Shown here: one piece after another, positions 36,420 to 49,855 of the stretch | How the letters are laid out: the number at the start of each line of letters is the position of its first letter | Numbering within the stretch: the first letter of the stretch is position 1 | Assembly (NCBI RefSeq): GCF_003918875.1 | Contig: NW_025767309.1 | Span: 62,001 to 126,000 of the forward strand | From: Haliotis rubra | Lineage: Eukaryota | DNA: 64,000 bases | Direction of reading: 5' to 3' | The notes under the pieces: generated by a model | Databases searched by the model: none | Told to the model about the DNA's origin: nothing | What the model saw: only the letters and a program-made list of their open reading frames with translations | Program-made: the position numbers and the translations under genes

Positions 36420-36776
36420 GGTGAGGTGAGGTGAAATTGGTTTAACGTCACGCTGGAGAATATTTCGCTCATATGACGACGTGCATGCGTGTGTATGTGT
36501 ATGTGTGGCTGCTTGTACTAGCCCAGACTGAAGTTGGTTTTATAGTGCTAGTCCACTGAGATACCAAGCCGCAGTGAAGCATGAATACCCCACTCAGACA
36601 CAGTATACTGACTCCGAGCCGACCAGTCCTTGTTGTACCCATTAATGCCGAGAGCGCCAGGCAGGGACCAAAAAGTACCAAATTTTAACGTCTTTTGGTA
36701 TGACGCGGTCGGGGATCAAACCCGCGACCTTCCGCTCTCCGGCGGGCGCCCTAACCACTACACCATGGAGGCGGTC
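36420..36776 (-). mobile_element. tRNA-head SINE family C
   Basis: Perfect 14-bp TSD GGTAGATAATTCAA (36406-36419 and 36777-36790). Confidence 0.9.
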
Positions 36777-37744
36777 GGTAGATAATTCAACATGTGGAAT
36801 ATATTTCAGATCGATAAATTGGAGATATTTTTGTTCACTATTTCAATTAAATATTCAACATTCCCTGAATTCATTTTTCCATTCTGTTCATGAAAGAAAC
36901 ATTTGCATACTGGTAATACATATTCCAGATACCATGTTCATACAAGACAACAAATTACATTTTGAACTACATTTATTTATCAAACATGTAAAAAGTAACA
37001 AGTGGTCAAATATAAAGCTTGTAAGTATCAACATTGTCCCATTTGGCTGTAAATCTTCAAAATCAATGCTCTCAACAAAATAATGATTTGTGTATAAACA
37101 GAAAATAACATGATGATAGAACACAACTTTTAGAAAAGAACGAAATGTCATTGTTTCACCTGTAACATGATCATTGAAAAAATTCAAATGCCTGGCAAAA
37201 TGTGCATTAATATTACTGAACAAAACTAGAAGAATGTATTAAATGCAATATAAAGGATGTATCACTGGATATTTTAATAACAAATTGTGACTTTCAGATT
37301 TCAGCACTTTTTCTCAAATACACTGTTAATAATGCATAAAATGGACAATATACACAGCATATCTCCTCGGTTGAATACAAAAGCACAATCAACATATATT
37401 AATGTACAGGTAAATTACAAATGTAACGTGTGTGGAATTGAGGAAAAGAGAAACAATATTACACAAGGGATTTGCTGTACATCTTCAAGTACCATCACAT
37501 GTTATCAAGGCTGAATAGTTTTTGTATTTGAGTACAACATTTGAGCATCTATACTGCTATTCAAACCCCAGCAGAACATTGATTGAAAAACTGGTCTGCA
37601 CATAGTCCTCTATACAGCACACAGACCACAAATCATACAAAAATAGCTACTTTTGTTCCAAAGAGAAGTTTGGTCAGGGAACCATGTTTGGAAATCTTGA
37701 CTTCTGAAAATGTGTAGGACTTTCATTCTGCCCTAAACTGAAGG

Positions 37745-37905
37745 AGTGAGTGAGTATGATTTTATGCCTCTTTTAGCAATACTCCAGCAATATCACGGCG
37801 GGGGACACCAGAAATGGGCTTCACACACTGTGCCCATGTGGGGAATCGAAACTGGGTCCGGCGTGATGAGCTGAAGCTTTAACCGATAGGCTACCCCATT
37901 GCCCC
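37745..37905 (-). mobile_element. tRNA-head SINE family A
   Basis: Family match; TSD CTA(A/C)ACTGAAGGA. Confidence 0.87.
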
Positions 37906-38043
37906 TACACTGAAGGACAAGAGGTGTTTCCTTGGGCAAAACACTTTGTTAGAAATATGCCGCTGTTCACCCAGCATGAATCACTGCCTGGTAGAAAGAG
38001 ATGGTAATATAACTATCAACCTTCTAGCACCTCATAAGGCATT

Positions 38044-38265
38044 GAGTGAGTGAGTTTAGTTTTACACCGCACTCAGAATATTCCAGCTATATGGCAGCAG
38101 TCTGTAAATAATCAAAGTCTGGACCAGACAATCCAGTCAACACAATGAGCATTAATCTGCACAATTGGGAACCGATGACATGTGTCAATCAGGCCAGTGA
38201 GCCTAAACCCTCTTACGATAAGCATGGGTTACTGAAGATCAATTCTAACCCGGATCTTCACAGGT
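38044..38265 (-). mobile_element. SINE family B (internally deleted)
   Basis: Reverse complement of ACCTGTGAAGATCCGGGTTAGAATTGATCTTCAG head and (ACTC)n tail. Confidence 0.85.
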
Positions 38266-39696
38266 TCACAAGACGTAGCAGATATTATAGTGCCACTGAG
38301 CTGAGAATGAATCAGAGTACACACCTATTTATTGACCAGGGATATAATTTTGCACACTAAGCATGCTTTGGGGTGTGAATCTATCACAAAAAGTATATGC
38401 ATATTAATGCCTGAAACAAAGTAGATTCTTTCTTCAGACTAACAAACAAATTCGACAGTATCCATTGACCAGGGTAACAATGTAGCACTTTAAGCATGCT
38501 CCAGGGCATTGGTTTGGGCACAATATAAAAATGAACAATATTATGCCTATTACACAAACAGAAGTTTGCTTAATCTCTTCAGGAAAACAAAACAAGTTTA
38601 AAACTAATTTAAAAACAAAAATCTGTTATCACGATTGCAACATGTAAAGTAAAAAACAGCATAAAATAGTATCTTGTAAAGTGGACAGAAGCTGGTATGT
38701 TGAGCTACTCACTCCAGTTCTTATCTTCTCTATAATGATGAAAACCTTGATGCCATCAGCTAGAATAGCTTCATTAATTGTAACTGATATAACCACCTCC
38801 ATATCTCTATCTGAAGATAACACCATTATAAATATACAACATTATTAGGAATGTATTTCTGTAACAACTATTTTGCAATTTCTGGGCATACATACAGGCA
38901 AAGAGTATATTCATTGGGAAATATGCTGTTTGAGTATTTATTTATATTATATGATGTGTCACAAAGTCGAGGAAAGTGAAGGAAAATATCTTCAGCTCAG
39001 CTTCGATCAGTGCTTTAACAAAACAACTCTTAATGCCTACAATAACAATACTTAAACAATGATAAGGCAAAAATAAAATATATGTCCGTTTCCTATTACA
39101 TGCTTTTTAAAAATAGGGTAGGTGTGTGTTATAGTTAAAGACATGGTCCAACTTCATAGAGTAAAAACAGCTCAAGCTGTAACAGCACCTTATTAGAAAC
39201 AAGCTTACAGAAAGGTTATTTGCAAAATCTTGGCACCATAAATATATAGACAGTAGATGTGTATACACACAAGTCTATGTTAAAGTATGGGAGTTACGAT
39301 CATCTTAGCGCTACGATCGCTTTGAGGAACGGGGCCCAGGACTGACAATAATACTTGCTTCTACAGGAAATTTGTTGGCAAGTTATTTCTACGCAAGCAA
39401 GCCCCTGGTTCAACACTGACATGAACAGTCACAGTGCTGCAACTGCTTCATGAAATGGGCCTCATGATTTATCATAATATGACCATCTGTACTGTACAGG
39501 TGAAATGTACCTGTATGTTGAGTATGTTTGGTACAGATATTTCTGTACAGCAATATGTACAGTTATATCTCACCTTCAAATGAACAGACAAACTGACATG
39601 TATTTGTAAAGTGGTATATGTCATACTGAGACAGATTTACATGATGGGTAGAAGACTCAGCAGCAGCTTGAAGGAACTGATTATTCAAGATTGGTA

Positions 39697-41253
39697 TTAG
39701 CTCTCAGGATTTTTACCATGATCTACATTGAACTTGTGACTGCTGTTCTGAACACATTTCACAGCATTTCTTCCTATCTTCTGACAACATGGCCAAAACC
39801 AGTCAGGAGGACTAACAGGATCTACAGTTCCGTCTTCACATCGCAGGATGGCCTTCACAGGCTTCTTGTGGTGGTAACAGCAAGTGGACTCCTCAGACAC
39901 CTGCTTGGTCGGGAAGAACTTGGAGCACTTGGAACACTCATATGGACAACTCTTCTCCATCACAAACCGGCCACGTTTCAAGGAACGGATGGCCTGTTCC
40001 TGATGTTGAGGGTGGTCCTCTTCTTTGAGAGGAGACTGTGGAGTGATGATGGATCTCTGGGCGTTGCCCCGGAGGATGTTGTGGAGTTGCTGCAGCTTCT
40101 GCAGCTTGTTCTGGCTGTATTCCAACTCCCTCTCCTTCTGACTGTACAGAGTCTCCACCCACCTCAGCTGAAAATCCAAATATCTTTGTAAGTTTACTTC
40201 TTTGTTTAACACCTAAACTTAGCACTACTGCAGCAACAAAGGATGGTCTGTAAATAGTAGCCAGGTGTGACTCTGAACCACTTGACATCAACAACTGGGA
40301 CAAGTATCAACCAAGTCAGTAGGTTTGACCACCCAGTTACATTAGTCATTTCTTAAGAAGAGCCAGAATTCACAGGAATGTTGAAGTGATTAACTCGTTT
40401 ATGCCATAAAATGACAAAATATGAGGTGTGATCACTTCCAGTAAAACATGGTCATTACAAACTTAACAAAGGGACTATTTAACTATTTAATAATATCATT
40501 CAAAGTGCTTGAGCACAAAATTAATCAATACAAGAGCCAATTCAAATATTGCCATTCAGTGTAGAATGCACATTTGTGTCAAACATTATTTACTTAATCA
40601 CATTTTACAATTAAAATCTTCTTTTAATAAAAGGATAAAGGTTCACAAACAATTCATATTTCAATTATTGTTGATAGAGTAATTAACCATGACTCCCTTC
40701 ATCATGTCTGGAACACTCCAAAATTGTAACCAAGTGTGTAACAAACCTTTTCAGTCTCCTTCTGAAGCTGGGAGTTTAACTCCTGTAGATGGGCACATTG
40801 CCGGGCAACGCCCTCCATCATATCATTCTTCTCCATCGCTCTCTGATACATCTCACGCAGTTCCTTGTTCTCATTGCTCAAGTTGACCTCTTTCAACAGC
40901 AAGCTCTGGATGATGTCCCGATTCACCCGATTATCTCTGTCGAGATCTTCACAACCTGATGATCCCATGCTTCTGATATTCCCAGTCCCCTGTCTGAAGA
41001 TATCCACAGTTTCCCTCAGATCCTTGTTTTCGTTCTCCAGTTGACGTAGCTTCAGGTTCAGCTCCTCATTGTACTCGTCCTTCACACGGCTTTTCTGGAC
41101 AAGTTCTGTGACTTCATCATACAGAGTGTGCACCTCCTCAGGCAAGATGTGATGGTCAATCAGCCCAGCAATGGCAGCCAGGACATCCGAGCCTGAATGA
41201 CAGTTGGTCTCAGTGCACTGAACTGCCCGCGATTCTTTCTTAGGTTCAGCCAT
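39697..41253 (-). CDS. Uncharacterised 325-aa coiled-coil protein with C-terminal Cys/His zinc-binding motif (two coding exons)
   Basis: Exons 40747-41253 (MAEPKKESR...QKETEK, ttacag acceptor just before the ATG, AAG|gtttgt donor) and 39697-40167 (ttttcag|LRWVETLY...) join in phase 0. Heptad-rich middle; C-term CSKC...CCYH...WPCC...C....SH. Confidence 0.8.
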
Positions 41254-41490
41254 TCTGTAAACCAATGTTATATATAAATAACAATTTCTTCCTTTTTGTA
41301 AAAAAATGAGGAGCAATGCATTATTGTTTATTTATCATGTTCAAGCAAACTGTTCAATACCCATTTCGTTTCACTGTCAGCAGAGAAGCATGAACATTTG
41401 ATACAGCTTTTATACAGTAATATATTGCATCAAGTACAGAACGAACTGAACACATTTAGCAGGTAATGGTCACAATCTATTGGTGAAGTT

Positions 41491-41723
41491 ACCCGTGAAG
41501 GTCCGGGTTAGAATATTGATCTTCACTAACCCATGCTTGTTGTAAGATCGGGTGGTCAGGCTTGCTGACTTGATTGACACATGTCATCGGTTCCCAATTG
41601 CGCAGATCGATGCTCATGGTGTTGATCACTGGATTGTATGGTCCAGACTCGATTATTTACAGACCACCGCCACATAGCTGGAATATTGCTCAGTGCGGCA
41701 TAAAACTAAACTCACTCACTCAC
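41491..41723 (+). mobile_element. SINE family B (RUDI-like)
   Basis: Family match; TSD TGGTGAAGTT. A second, more decayed copy lies at 41997-42200. Confidence 0.87.
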
Positions 41724-44010
41724 CAATGGTGAAGTTGGTGTTAAATTAGTAGTGTAGGACAATATCAAGTACTTGGTTATTTCAGCCAAATGTTCAGTCT
41801 TGGTAAATATATTTATCCTAATCATTCTAAAATTTAATTTACAAAAACAGAATGTACAATTTGTCAGTCTAAAATGTACTATATTACTGTTATCATTTGC
41901 CTTATCATTAGGCACCTAACAGGATCAGGTGGTCAGAGACAGTGACTACCAAGTAGTTGTATTTATACCATGCAAGATAAACCCCATGGCTTTGTCACCC
42001 GTGAAGATCTCAGTTAGAATTGGTCTTCAGCAACCCATGCTTGTCTTAAGAGGCGACTTATAGGATTGGGTGACCAGACCAGCTGACTTGGTAAACACAT
42101 GTTATTATTTCCAATTACGTAGACTGATGCACATGATGTTGATCACTGGATTGTCTCATACCAGCCATATTCCTGAGTACAGCTTTAAGCAACAAACAAA
42201 CAAGAACCCTCCTACTTAACTGCTCAATAAAGGACAAGGTACATACTACTATAATTCTGTTTTGAACATCAGTGCCCCACTGGATTGCATAGTTTAATCA
42301 ACTTTGTACTTCCTGGTAATCATAATACATGTACCAGACCATTAAAAAGAAAAATCGGACCTGAGTAAGATTGTACATACACAGTAGCTTCAGAGACCTA
42401 CTCTGTGTTATTTAGGTAACTGAGAAATTGTTTTTATGTCTTATAAACACCCAGCTGTTGCCACTAGACCTGATAGTGTCAGAAAGATGTCAGTTTCACT
42501 TCAACAAAACGAAACCCAGTAAGGACCAACCATGATATTTTCTGTGTTGGGAGGGCTGGGTTTTTTTGTTTCCAGCATATTCAGCAAATAGCATGTCCAT
42601 GTTGTATTTTATGCAACAACTGAAAGAAAGATAATCTTTTTGGGTTACAACCACAGACCTTTCTTTACTGTTTTAACATTCTAGTCACAATACTATCAAA
42701 CTATCTTGTTAAGTGTTCCCAGATACAGAACAGATGGTTATGGTTTGGTTTTGAAAAGGTTAAACTTGTTTTGCAAAACCTTTTGTTATATCAGCTTGCT
42801 TTATTGCTTTACATATCACATATATTTGATCCCAGATGTCAAGATGAATAGGGTGATTCATTATCAAACATCTGTTCCCAAATAACAGTACCAACATTTA
42901 GTTACCAAGTAATCAGTATGTCTGTGGTATTATATTCCTGATGTTGGACGGTAGTAAAGTAACGAGTTATGCTAATGACTGAATCGGATAATGCTTGAGA
43001 ATAGCAATCTATTGCTATTCCCTCGTGATGGGAAATTATTTAACACTTAGACTCTCAATGAAGAAACACACACTTAGACTCTCAATGAAGGAACACTTCC
43101 GTGTCATTTTCTCAACAAGTTCTTAAACAGGATAAAACTATACTCAGTAGGTTGTTTTCGTTTCGTTGTTTGTGTTGACAGGAATGTTTTCAATGGCCAG
43201 TTACTCGTTAAACTGTATTTATAAAAACACTTCCGCTTTGATGTACTGTGGCAAGGTTGTTTACCCAACTTACAATCCATAATGTTTTACTCAACTTATA
43301 ATCCACATTGTACGTATTTCTGTATTGTGTGTCATGTTAATTGAAAAAAGACAACATAAACTACAATAAGTGTCATAATAGCAATGATAAAACGCATTAA
43401 ATCTACGATCGTGACCTAGATTTACGTTCTGGGTCAATGTCATCTGTTGGTAAAATAATCTTGTATTTATCAGTTACACTGGGTCAAATAGATTAAGCAA
43501 TCATACATATGATGCATTACCTTAACTCTGCTGCGTGTAATGTAATAGAAACATGAGTATCCAACAGCAGTGCTCAGTCTCCTAAAAAATAGATCTCGCG
43601 ATGGTCACGTGCAAGCATGTGATTACGTTCAGCTGAGACTATTTTTATATCGCCAGCTCTTAACGTTAGATTACGTCAGCGTTCGTTATGTTCCGATCTG
43701 TTAGAAAATCTTGTTCAGGATAAGAAGCGATACAACTTATTTGCTAAACCTCAGTTACTTTGGTTATCCTGAGAGGTATTATTTTATCATTTGGAGTGTT
43801 GTAGAACAAAACATTCTGACTATATCGTATCTAGTTTCGAACCATCAGTGAAATAACACTATGAGGTAAAAATCACTACTGCAGCAGGCATATTCACCAC
43901 GGATATTTGTCAAACGCAAACGACTGGTTCTCAAACGAATACGAAACAGAAGTACATTAAATTGGTAGTCGGGCAATGTAATAAAAGTTTGCTTTTGTGA
44001 TGACTTGGGT

Positions 44011-44026
44011 GGCCCTGAAAAGGGCC
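44011..44026 (-). terminator. Histone mRNA 3' stem-loop
   Basis: Minus strand GGCCCTTTTCAGGGCC followed by ACCCA, 36 nt after the stop codon; matches the metazoan SLBP-binding consensus. Confidence 0.93.
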
Positions 44027-44062
44027 TGTGGACAGTGTCCTTAAATTGAAACAAGTAGTTGT

Positions 44063-44671
44063 CTACTTGACGCTGGCTTTCTTACTGATTTTCACCTTCT
44101 TGGATCCGGGCTTGACAACCTTCTTTGTCGGCCTCTTGCTTGGCTTGGCCTTTTTGGCAGCTTTCTTGGCCATTGTCTTTGGTCGTTTCTTGGTTGCGGA
44201 CTTCTTGGCAGACTTTGGTTTCTTGGCTTTCTTTGCCATCTTTGTCTTCCCTGTGGAACGGCTGCGTACTTTGCCTTTGCCTGCCGACTTCTTCTTGCCA
44301 GCGGTCTTCTTGGCGGGCCTCTTCTTTGTCACTACTCCTACGCGGAAACGGCCTGACGCTCCACTGGCGAGGGAACCTTTGGGGCGGACCAAGGCTCCCG
44401 TCTGAAGACCTTTCAGAAAGCCACGTTTGAGCAAACTTGGCAACAAAGTTGCAGGAATTCCAGGGTAGGTGGCCATGATGTAGCTTTTGATGGCCTGCAC
44501 AGAAGCGCCTTTCTTATCCTTCAGGGCACGAACTGCCGAAATGATCATATTCAAGACAGTTGGACGACCAGATGGCTTGCGATGAACAACCTTCTTTTGG
44601 CGTTTAACAGGAAAGGTAAGTACTGCAGGCCTTGCAGGAGACTGGGATCGGGAACGAGATGGACTTGGCAT
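44063..44671 (-). CDS. Intronless histone H1-related sperm protamine-like protein (PL-I/PL-II*-like), 202 aa
   Basis: N-term PSPSRSRS; winged-helix core (MIISAVRALKDKKGASVQAIKSYI...GLQTGALVRPKGSLASGASGRFRVG); Lys/Ala-rich C-tail; histone stem-loop downstream. Confidence 0.9.
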   Translation of the reverse strand: MPSPSRSRSQSPARPAVLTFPVKRQKKVVHRKPSGRPTVLNMIISAVRALKDKKGASVQAIKSYIMATYPGIPATLLPSLLKRGFLKGLQTGALVRPKGSLASGASGRFRVGVVTKKRPAKKTAGKKKSAGKGKVRSRSTGKTKMAKKAKKPKSAKKSATKKRPKTMAKKAAKKAKPSKRPTKKVVKPGSKKVKISKKASVK

Positions 44672-44740
44672 GATTGCTAGATGTATTCTTGACAGGTACG
44701 AGTACTGAACAGGAATACCGTGAAATGACGCGACGTCGCA

Positions 44741-44831
44741 TTTATAGGCAACGCGCGGACGTGAGAGAAGACAACCAACACATAGTCGCTTGAAATGTAA
44801 ATAGTCTTGGCGATATGTGTAAATTGTGTTT
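44741..44831 (-). promoter_or_regulatory. H1-type promoter elements
   Basis: Minus strand TATAAA (44741-44746), H4-box-like TCTCACGTCCG (44756-44766) and H1 box AAACACA (44825-44831). Confidence 0.7.
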
Positions 44832-47800
44832 GTTTACCACTTCATTATGATATATTTCCTCTTATTTTGTTTACATTTCGTAAAAAGAAATGGTACCATT
44901 GAACAGCTTATGATCTAACGATTCCGGTGCTATACATCAATACCCAATGCAAGTTGATGTTGCTACTCTATTGAAGGTTTTACTGGGAACTATACAGAGG
45001 AAGTTTGTGAAAAACAAGGTTTCACTTTCAAAAGTTCTCGAAAACAAAAACATCCTGAAAATAATCAGCACAAATATACTTTGGTGTAAAATATGACATT
45101 GTGTTCATTCAAAAGACATATCATACATAACTGTCCAAATCATTTAGAGAGCTCAATTTCGATTTTAAATGTTGACTCAAAAACACAATTATTGACATAA
45201 ATCGTCCATATTGAATGATTTTCAATATTGGGTTCTGATTATACTAGAAAGTTTTTGCCAATTTATAAATGTTAAATATGTAGCGTATTGTCCCAACCTC
45301 GTGGTCTGCTGTCACAAATTCTAGACAATTCCGCTTCTGACCCTAACTAAACACAAAACCGCATACATTATTTGCCCTAGCATCCCTATGTCGTAGCCAT
45401 AATACAGTACTGTTATGATATTCCATAAATATTCCAATGAATGTGTGAGTTCGTTATGAAGCCTAAACTATCCAGTATACTTACTTTGTCTTTATAATTT
45501 AACAGCTGTACAAAATATTAAACAACTGACTGTATATGACATGTTTCATAGACACGAAAGAATGTTCTATTTACTATACTTGAAAATGCATCAGTGATAT
45601 GCATGACTGTGCACAAAGACAGAGCATATTTTGACGTTTCTTTAATAATATACTTTGTATGAAGACTTTTATCTAACAGAAATTAAATCCACTGCATTCA
45701 ACCTTTTCCTCCCGTGTTAAATATATAGATCACAATTTTGGGGTGTTTAGATGGAAAACAAATGATGCAGTGAAAAATACTAGATCTATTACCCAAGTCT
45801 ATAAGCCAAGAAATATATTTTTATATTTTCCCCGACCATTTTCGACAAACATATACAGTACTGTATGGGTGAAAGAAATGTTATCAATATGAGCTGATGT
45901 CAGGCATGTTGGTATATATATAGCTATACAATGAATATATACCAAGCCAAGAATACTCATTTATGTATATACATGATTGTCTACCTCATGCAAGTACAGT
46001 CTTTGTGGTTCAAAGCATCCATGCATTCCGCGCATGCGACGAGTACATTTACGTGCGATTTGGCTGATGGGTTGATTAAATATATAAGACCCACATATAC
46101 AAACCGCGTGATTGATTAATGATCGAACCCAAATATGGAGAGGAAAAAACGTATATGTAATGTGTCATGCTAACCTCGAACAAAGATGTCTAGATTGAAT
46201 GTTCCTATTTAAGTTTGCGTCTTTTCATTTGAAAAGAAAGAAAGAAAAAAAATGTTTGGCAAATATAAGACAGAAAGATGCTCACGGGAAATATTGGATT
46301 TTAGTTCAATGAATTCCTGTTATGGTATCTCATTTTTCAACATTTCCGATAAATAAATCAGAAACATTGTGTATTTGACAAACCTCTAGACATTTATCCC
46401 AGATCAGTTTAAAGTTAGACCCTAGATATAATTATGGCTCCATAGGCGTGCACTTTATGATGAAATTGTGTATATGTGGCGAAACATTACGTCCATTTGG
46501 ATCCCAGTGTTGGTTACTGTTAATGGTGATGTGTATGACAGTATCTACATTTTATTGTGTTTTAGTGTGTCTCAGCACGCAGCCATGGTAACAACGTTAG
46601 TATGTGCCTCGTGCATCTGGCGATGTTTAACTTACTTTTTCCAAGAGTTGTATTTCTGCATTGAGACCGAAAGCCGCTCGCACGGCAGTTGATCCGGATC
46701 TCCATTTTTTAAAATTATGTATATATTTTTTTGTATCATCAACAGTTTGTAAGAATGATAATGACGTTGACCCTACGTCATAGCCAACGCACGGACGAAG
46801 ACAAGGTTTTGGATATTTCCAGTGTTGTGTTTGTTTGCCTTTTTAATATAACTATACCTTTGTTTCTCTGTCATAATTTATACTGCGTATATATGTTGTA
46901 TCTTACTTGCTCACATACTGAGACTATCAGAACTGAACTATGTTTGGTGAAAAGCAGTAATGCAGACAAACTATTTTTAAAACATTTTCAGTTATACATA
47001 TGTTTGGAATGTAAACAAACTTAATTACCCCTAATAAAAACTTTTTTTCAAGGAAAACATATTACTTGTTAAATACCTTTTTAATGTGGCCATGGTACCG
47101 GTTCCAATTAGCACATGTTAATAATCTGCAAGTTAAGTTTCTTTGACAAATGAAACGTAATCTAAAATGCACAAACAAATGTGTCACAATATCGGAGCCC
47201 TTATTCCACTATCGCAATAAATGTGAATACGGTAGAAAATGGCAAACATATCTAGTACTTTAGACTACTTTATTCAGTGGTAAGTTACTGTATCAATGGC
47301 AACAACTTCAGGCAGTTTTGTCAAAGCATTAAAAATAGTCATGATAGGTTTCCTGGATTTACCACAGCATATAATAATATACGAAGAAGGCAACTCCAAT
47401 TTGTTAATTTAAAAAAAATATCTTTTTGACAAGCAGAATTTAAGAACGCTGTGTGGATAAAGTACAGTATTTCGTAGCAACAGCGTTGTACAGGGCACTA
47501 CACAGATGACACGCTTAGTGGCACGGGATGTTTCCGTTGCAGTCTTTTCAAAAGTCTAAATCGAAACCGTCGATATAATACTGAAGTAAATAGTATCAAA
47601 TATAATAGCATAAACATTTTTATAATGATAACTACCCATTTCAGTGATTAGTTTTCCTCAAAGCGAGATATGGTAATTAAGCTGCTAATTATGACAGCTG
47701 CCTCCACGAAAAACAATGTTTTGATGATATATGGGTGCTTCTCGCACTTGTTAACAGCAATAGTTGAAGTTTACTCACAAAACAAAAACGAATTACGATT

Positions 47801-48743
47801 AATATTACATAATGATAATAATAAACATACTGGTGTATTTTAATTAATTAACCTACGTTATATCATAATTATAAAGTAAACTAGTTAAAGTACGGTATCA
47901 TGTTCATTAACTTAAAATTGTATTTTTCTGCGTATTCCGTTTTAAATTCCAAGTCTGACTTTCATTTACATTCTTCTGCAGCGGGTTCTTTGACAAGTTG
48001 TTGCATGCGCTGTTGACTGTTTCCATAGATGAAAATGGGATACCTCATCTGACAATAGGTCAATTTTACCGGTAAACGTATTTTGTTTGTCATTTTCTAA
48101 ATACCATTTAACAGAACCAATCAATTAAACTATAAGCATTGCTGATCACAGAGACTACAGTTCACACTGTCAGCTGAGGACTACGAGTACGACTATGTTG
48201 TACAACTACAAGCTTCTGCTCTAGCCTGAAGTTTAGTCTAGTGTTTAGTATTGTTTTATAAATGTGTTACAACTTAGGGTACCTCAAACTCAGGCAAATG
48301 TAAAACAGAAAGTTGGTAATGTCTTTACTTATGTGTATTTAGAACAATTTATGTATTCTTTAGTCTTGTCGCTAAGAAAGAACATGATGTATGATGACTA
48401 AGGGAGACAATAAAATGACAATACCACAATATGTTCCTCAGGACAGAAGTCTGTTCCGTATATACTTTACTGATTAACTGAATGATAAACTTGATAAGGA
48501 GAGCATTCCATAATATATATATATGTGATTGTTCAGTGCCAGAACTATTATTGTCAAGTGCAGTGATTGACTGAATGGTTTTATGCACTGACAATTGCCA
48601 TTTTCCCCATGATATTTATGAAGTTTACTGAAACAACACCAATCAACTAATTCTATCAGTTTTCACCATCATTGAAGCAGCATGTGCCATAAACCTCTTC
48701 AGTTTCAAAAAATAAATTGTTTATACTATCTTGTGCATAACCT

Positions 48744-48985
48744 CAGGGGTGGAAATAACCCATTGCCCGACGTCCGAGTCCAGTGTTTTTTTCTGTCGTG
48801 CAAGCAAATTCGTTTATCACACTGTACCGGCGTCAAGTTGACTTTCTAATGTTAATTATGTTGTTTATTTAAAAAATTCAACAAGAAAATGGCTGGTATA
48901 GTGGAACATTTTTCAGGGCAAGTGATTTCACATGTGCCACTGTACCGGAGTACACTAGCAAATTTTAAAGTTATTTCCACACCTG
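48744..48985. mobile_element. hAT-like MITE
   Basis: TIRs CAGGGGTGGAAATAAC / GTTATTTCCACACCTG; TSD not clear. Confidence 0.65.
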
Positions 48986-49269
48986 TTAACATTCAAATAT
49001 TCAGTATAATTAGTAATAAATGCTGATAACAGTTTGACTTCTGTCGACGGATGTAAGCTAATACTTCCCCAATAAATGATATACACATGCTTATCCTTTA
49101 CTTCACATAACACTGAGATTGTAAACAATGACAAAATGAAATGTGCATCAGTATGTTGTTGGATTTATATTTAGTCGTGAAATAGTCACATGATACATTA
49201 CCTCCCGTCCCCAAGTTATTTGATTATTTGTGATAACTGATACCCAACAAGTATGATACAGACTGTAAC

Positions 49270-49855
49270 CAGTGTATGACATAAGGCCCGTCTGACCGCC
49301 CGAGACGAGCTAGATTTCTAACGGATGGTCTAAATTTACAGCTAGCCAGCCCGATGGTCTGGTACAAATTTTAGATGTTCCATACATCTGAGTAAATTCA
49401 CCATATTTGGTCTGGTTAAATCCATTTTGGGCTGGTAACATTTTGAGGTGAGGTGAAATTGGGTTTCACGTCGTGCTTGAGAATATTTCGCTCATATGAC
49501 GACGTGCATGCGTGTGTATGTGTATGTGCGGCTGCTTGTACTATCCCAGACTAAAGCTGTTTTTATAGTGCTAGCCCACTGAGATACCATGCCGCAGTGA
49601 AGCATGAGATACCCCACATTATACTGACTCCGAGCCGACCAGTCCTTGTTGTACCCATTAATGCCGAGCGCCAAGCAGGGACCAACAAGTACCATATTTT
49701 AACGTCTTTTGGTATGACGCGATCGGGGATCGAACCCGCGACCTTCCGCTCTCCCCGGCGGACGCTCTAACCACTACACCAAGGAGGCGGTTGGTAACAT
49801 TTTGAAGTTACCAGTCCTGATGTCTGGCTGGATAGTGGGCTTATTTCATATACTG
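49270..49855. mobile_element. hAT-like MITE containing a nested SINE C
   Basis: TIRs CAGTGTATGACATAAGGCCC / GGGCTTATTTCATATACTG, flanked by CTGTAAC duplication. Confidence 0.7.
49445..49791 (-). mobile_element. tRNA-head SINE family C
   Basis: Family match; TSD TGGTAACATTTTGA. Confidence 0.9.

Noticed and set aside
39691-40191. 166-aa plus-strand ORF
   Set aside because: Antisense shadow of the minus-strand zinc-finger exon, with no splice or start support.
43050-43098. Short direct duplications (also 9929-10049, 50129-50202 and 63805-63857)
   Set aside because: Two-copy local duplications without further structure, common in such genomes.
43090-43680. Promoter and first non-coding exon of the zinc-finger gene (ETS, E-box, CRE-like and TCTCGCGA motifs)
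   Set aside because: Plausible, but these are short motifs only and exon boundaries cannot be fixed from sequence.
44028-44430. Hydrophobic plus-strand ORFs resembling membrane proteins
   Set aside because: Antisense reading of the Lys/Ala codons of the H1/PL gene.
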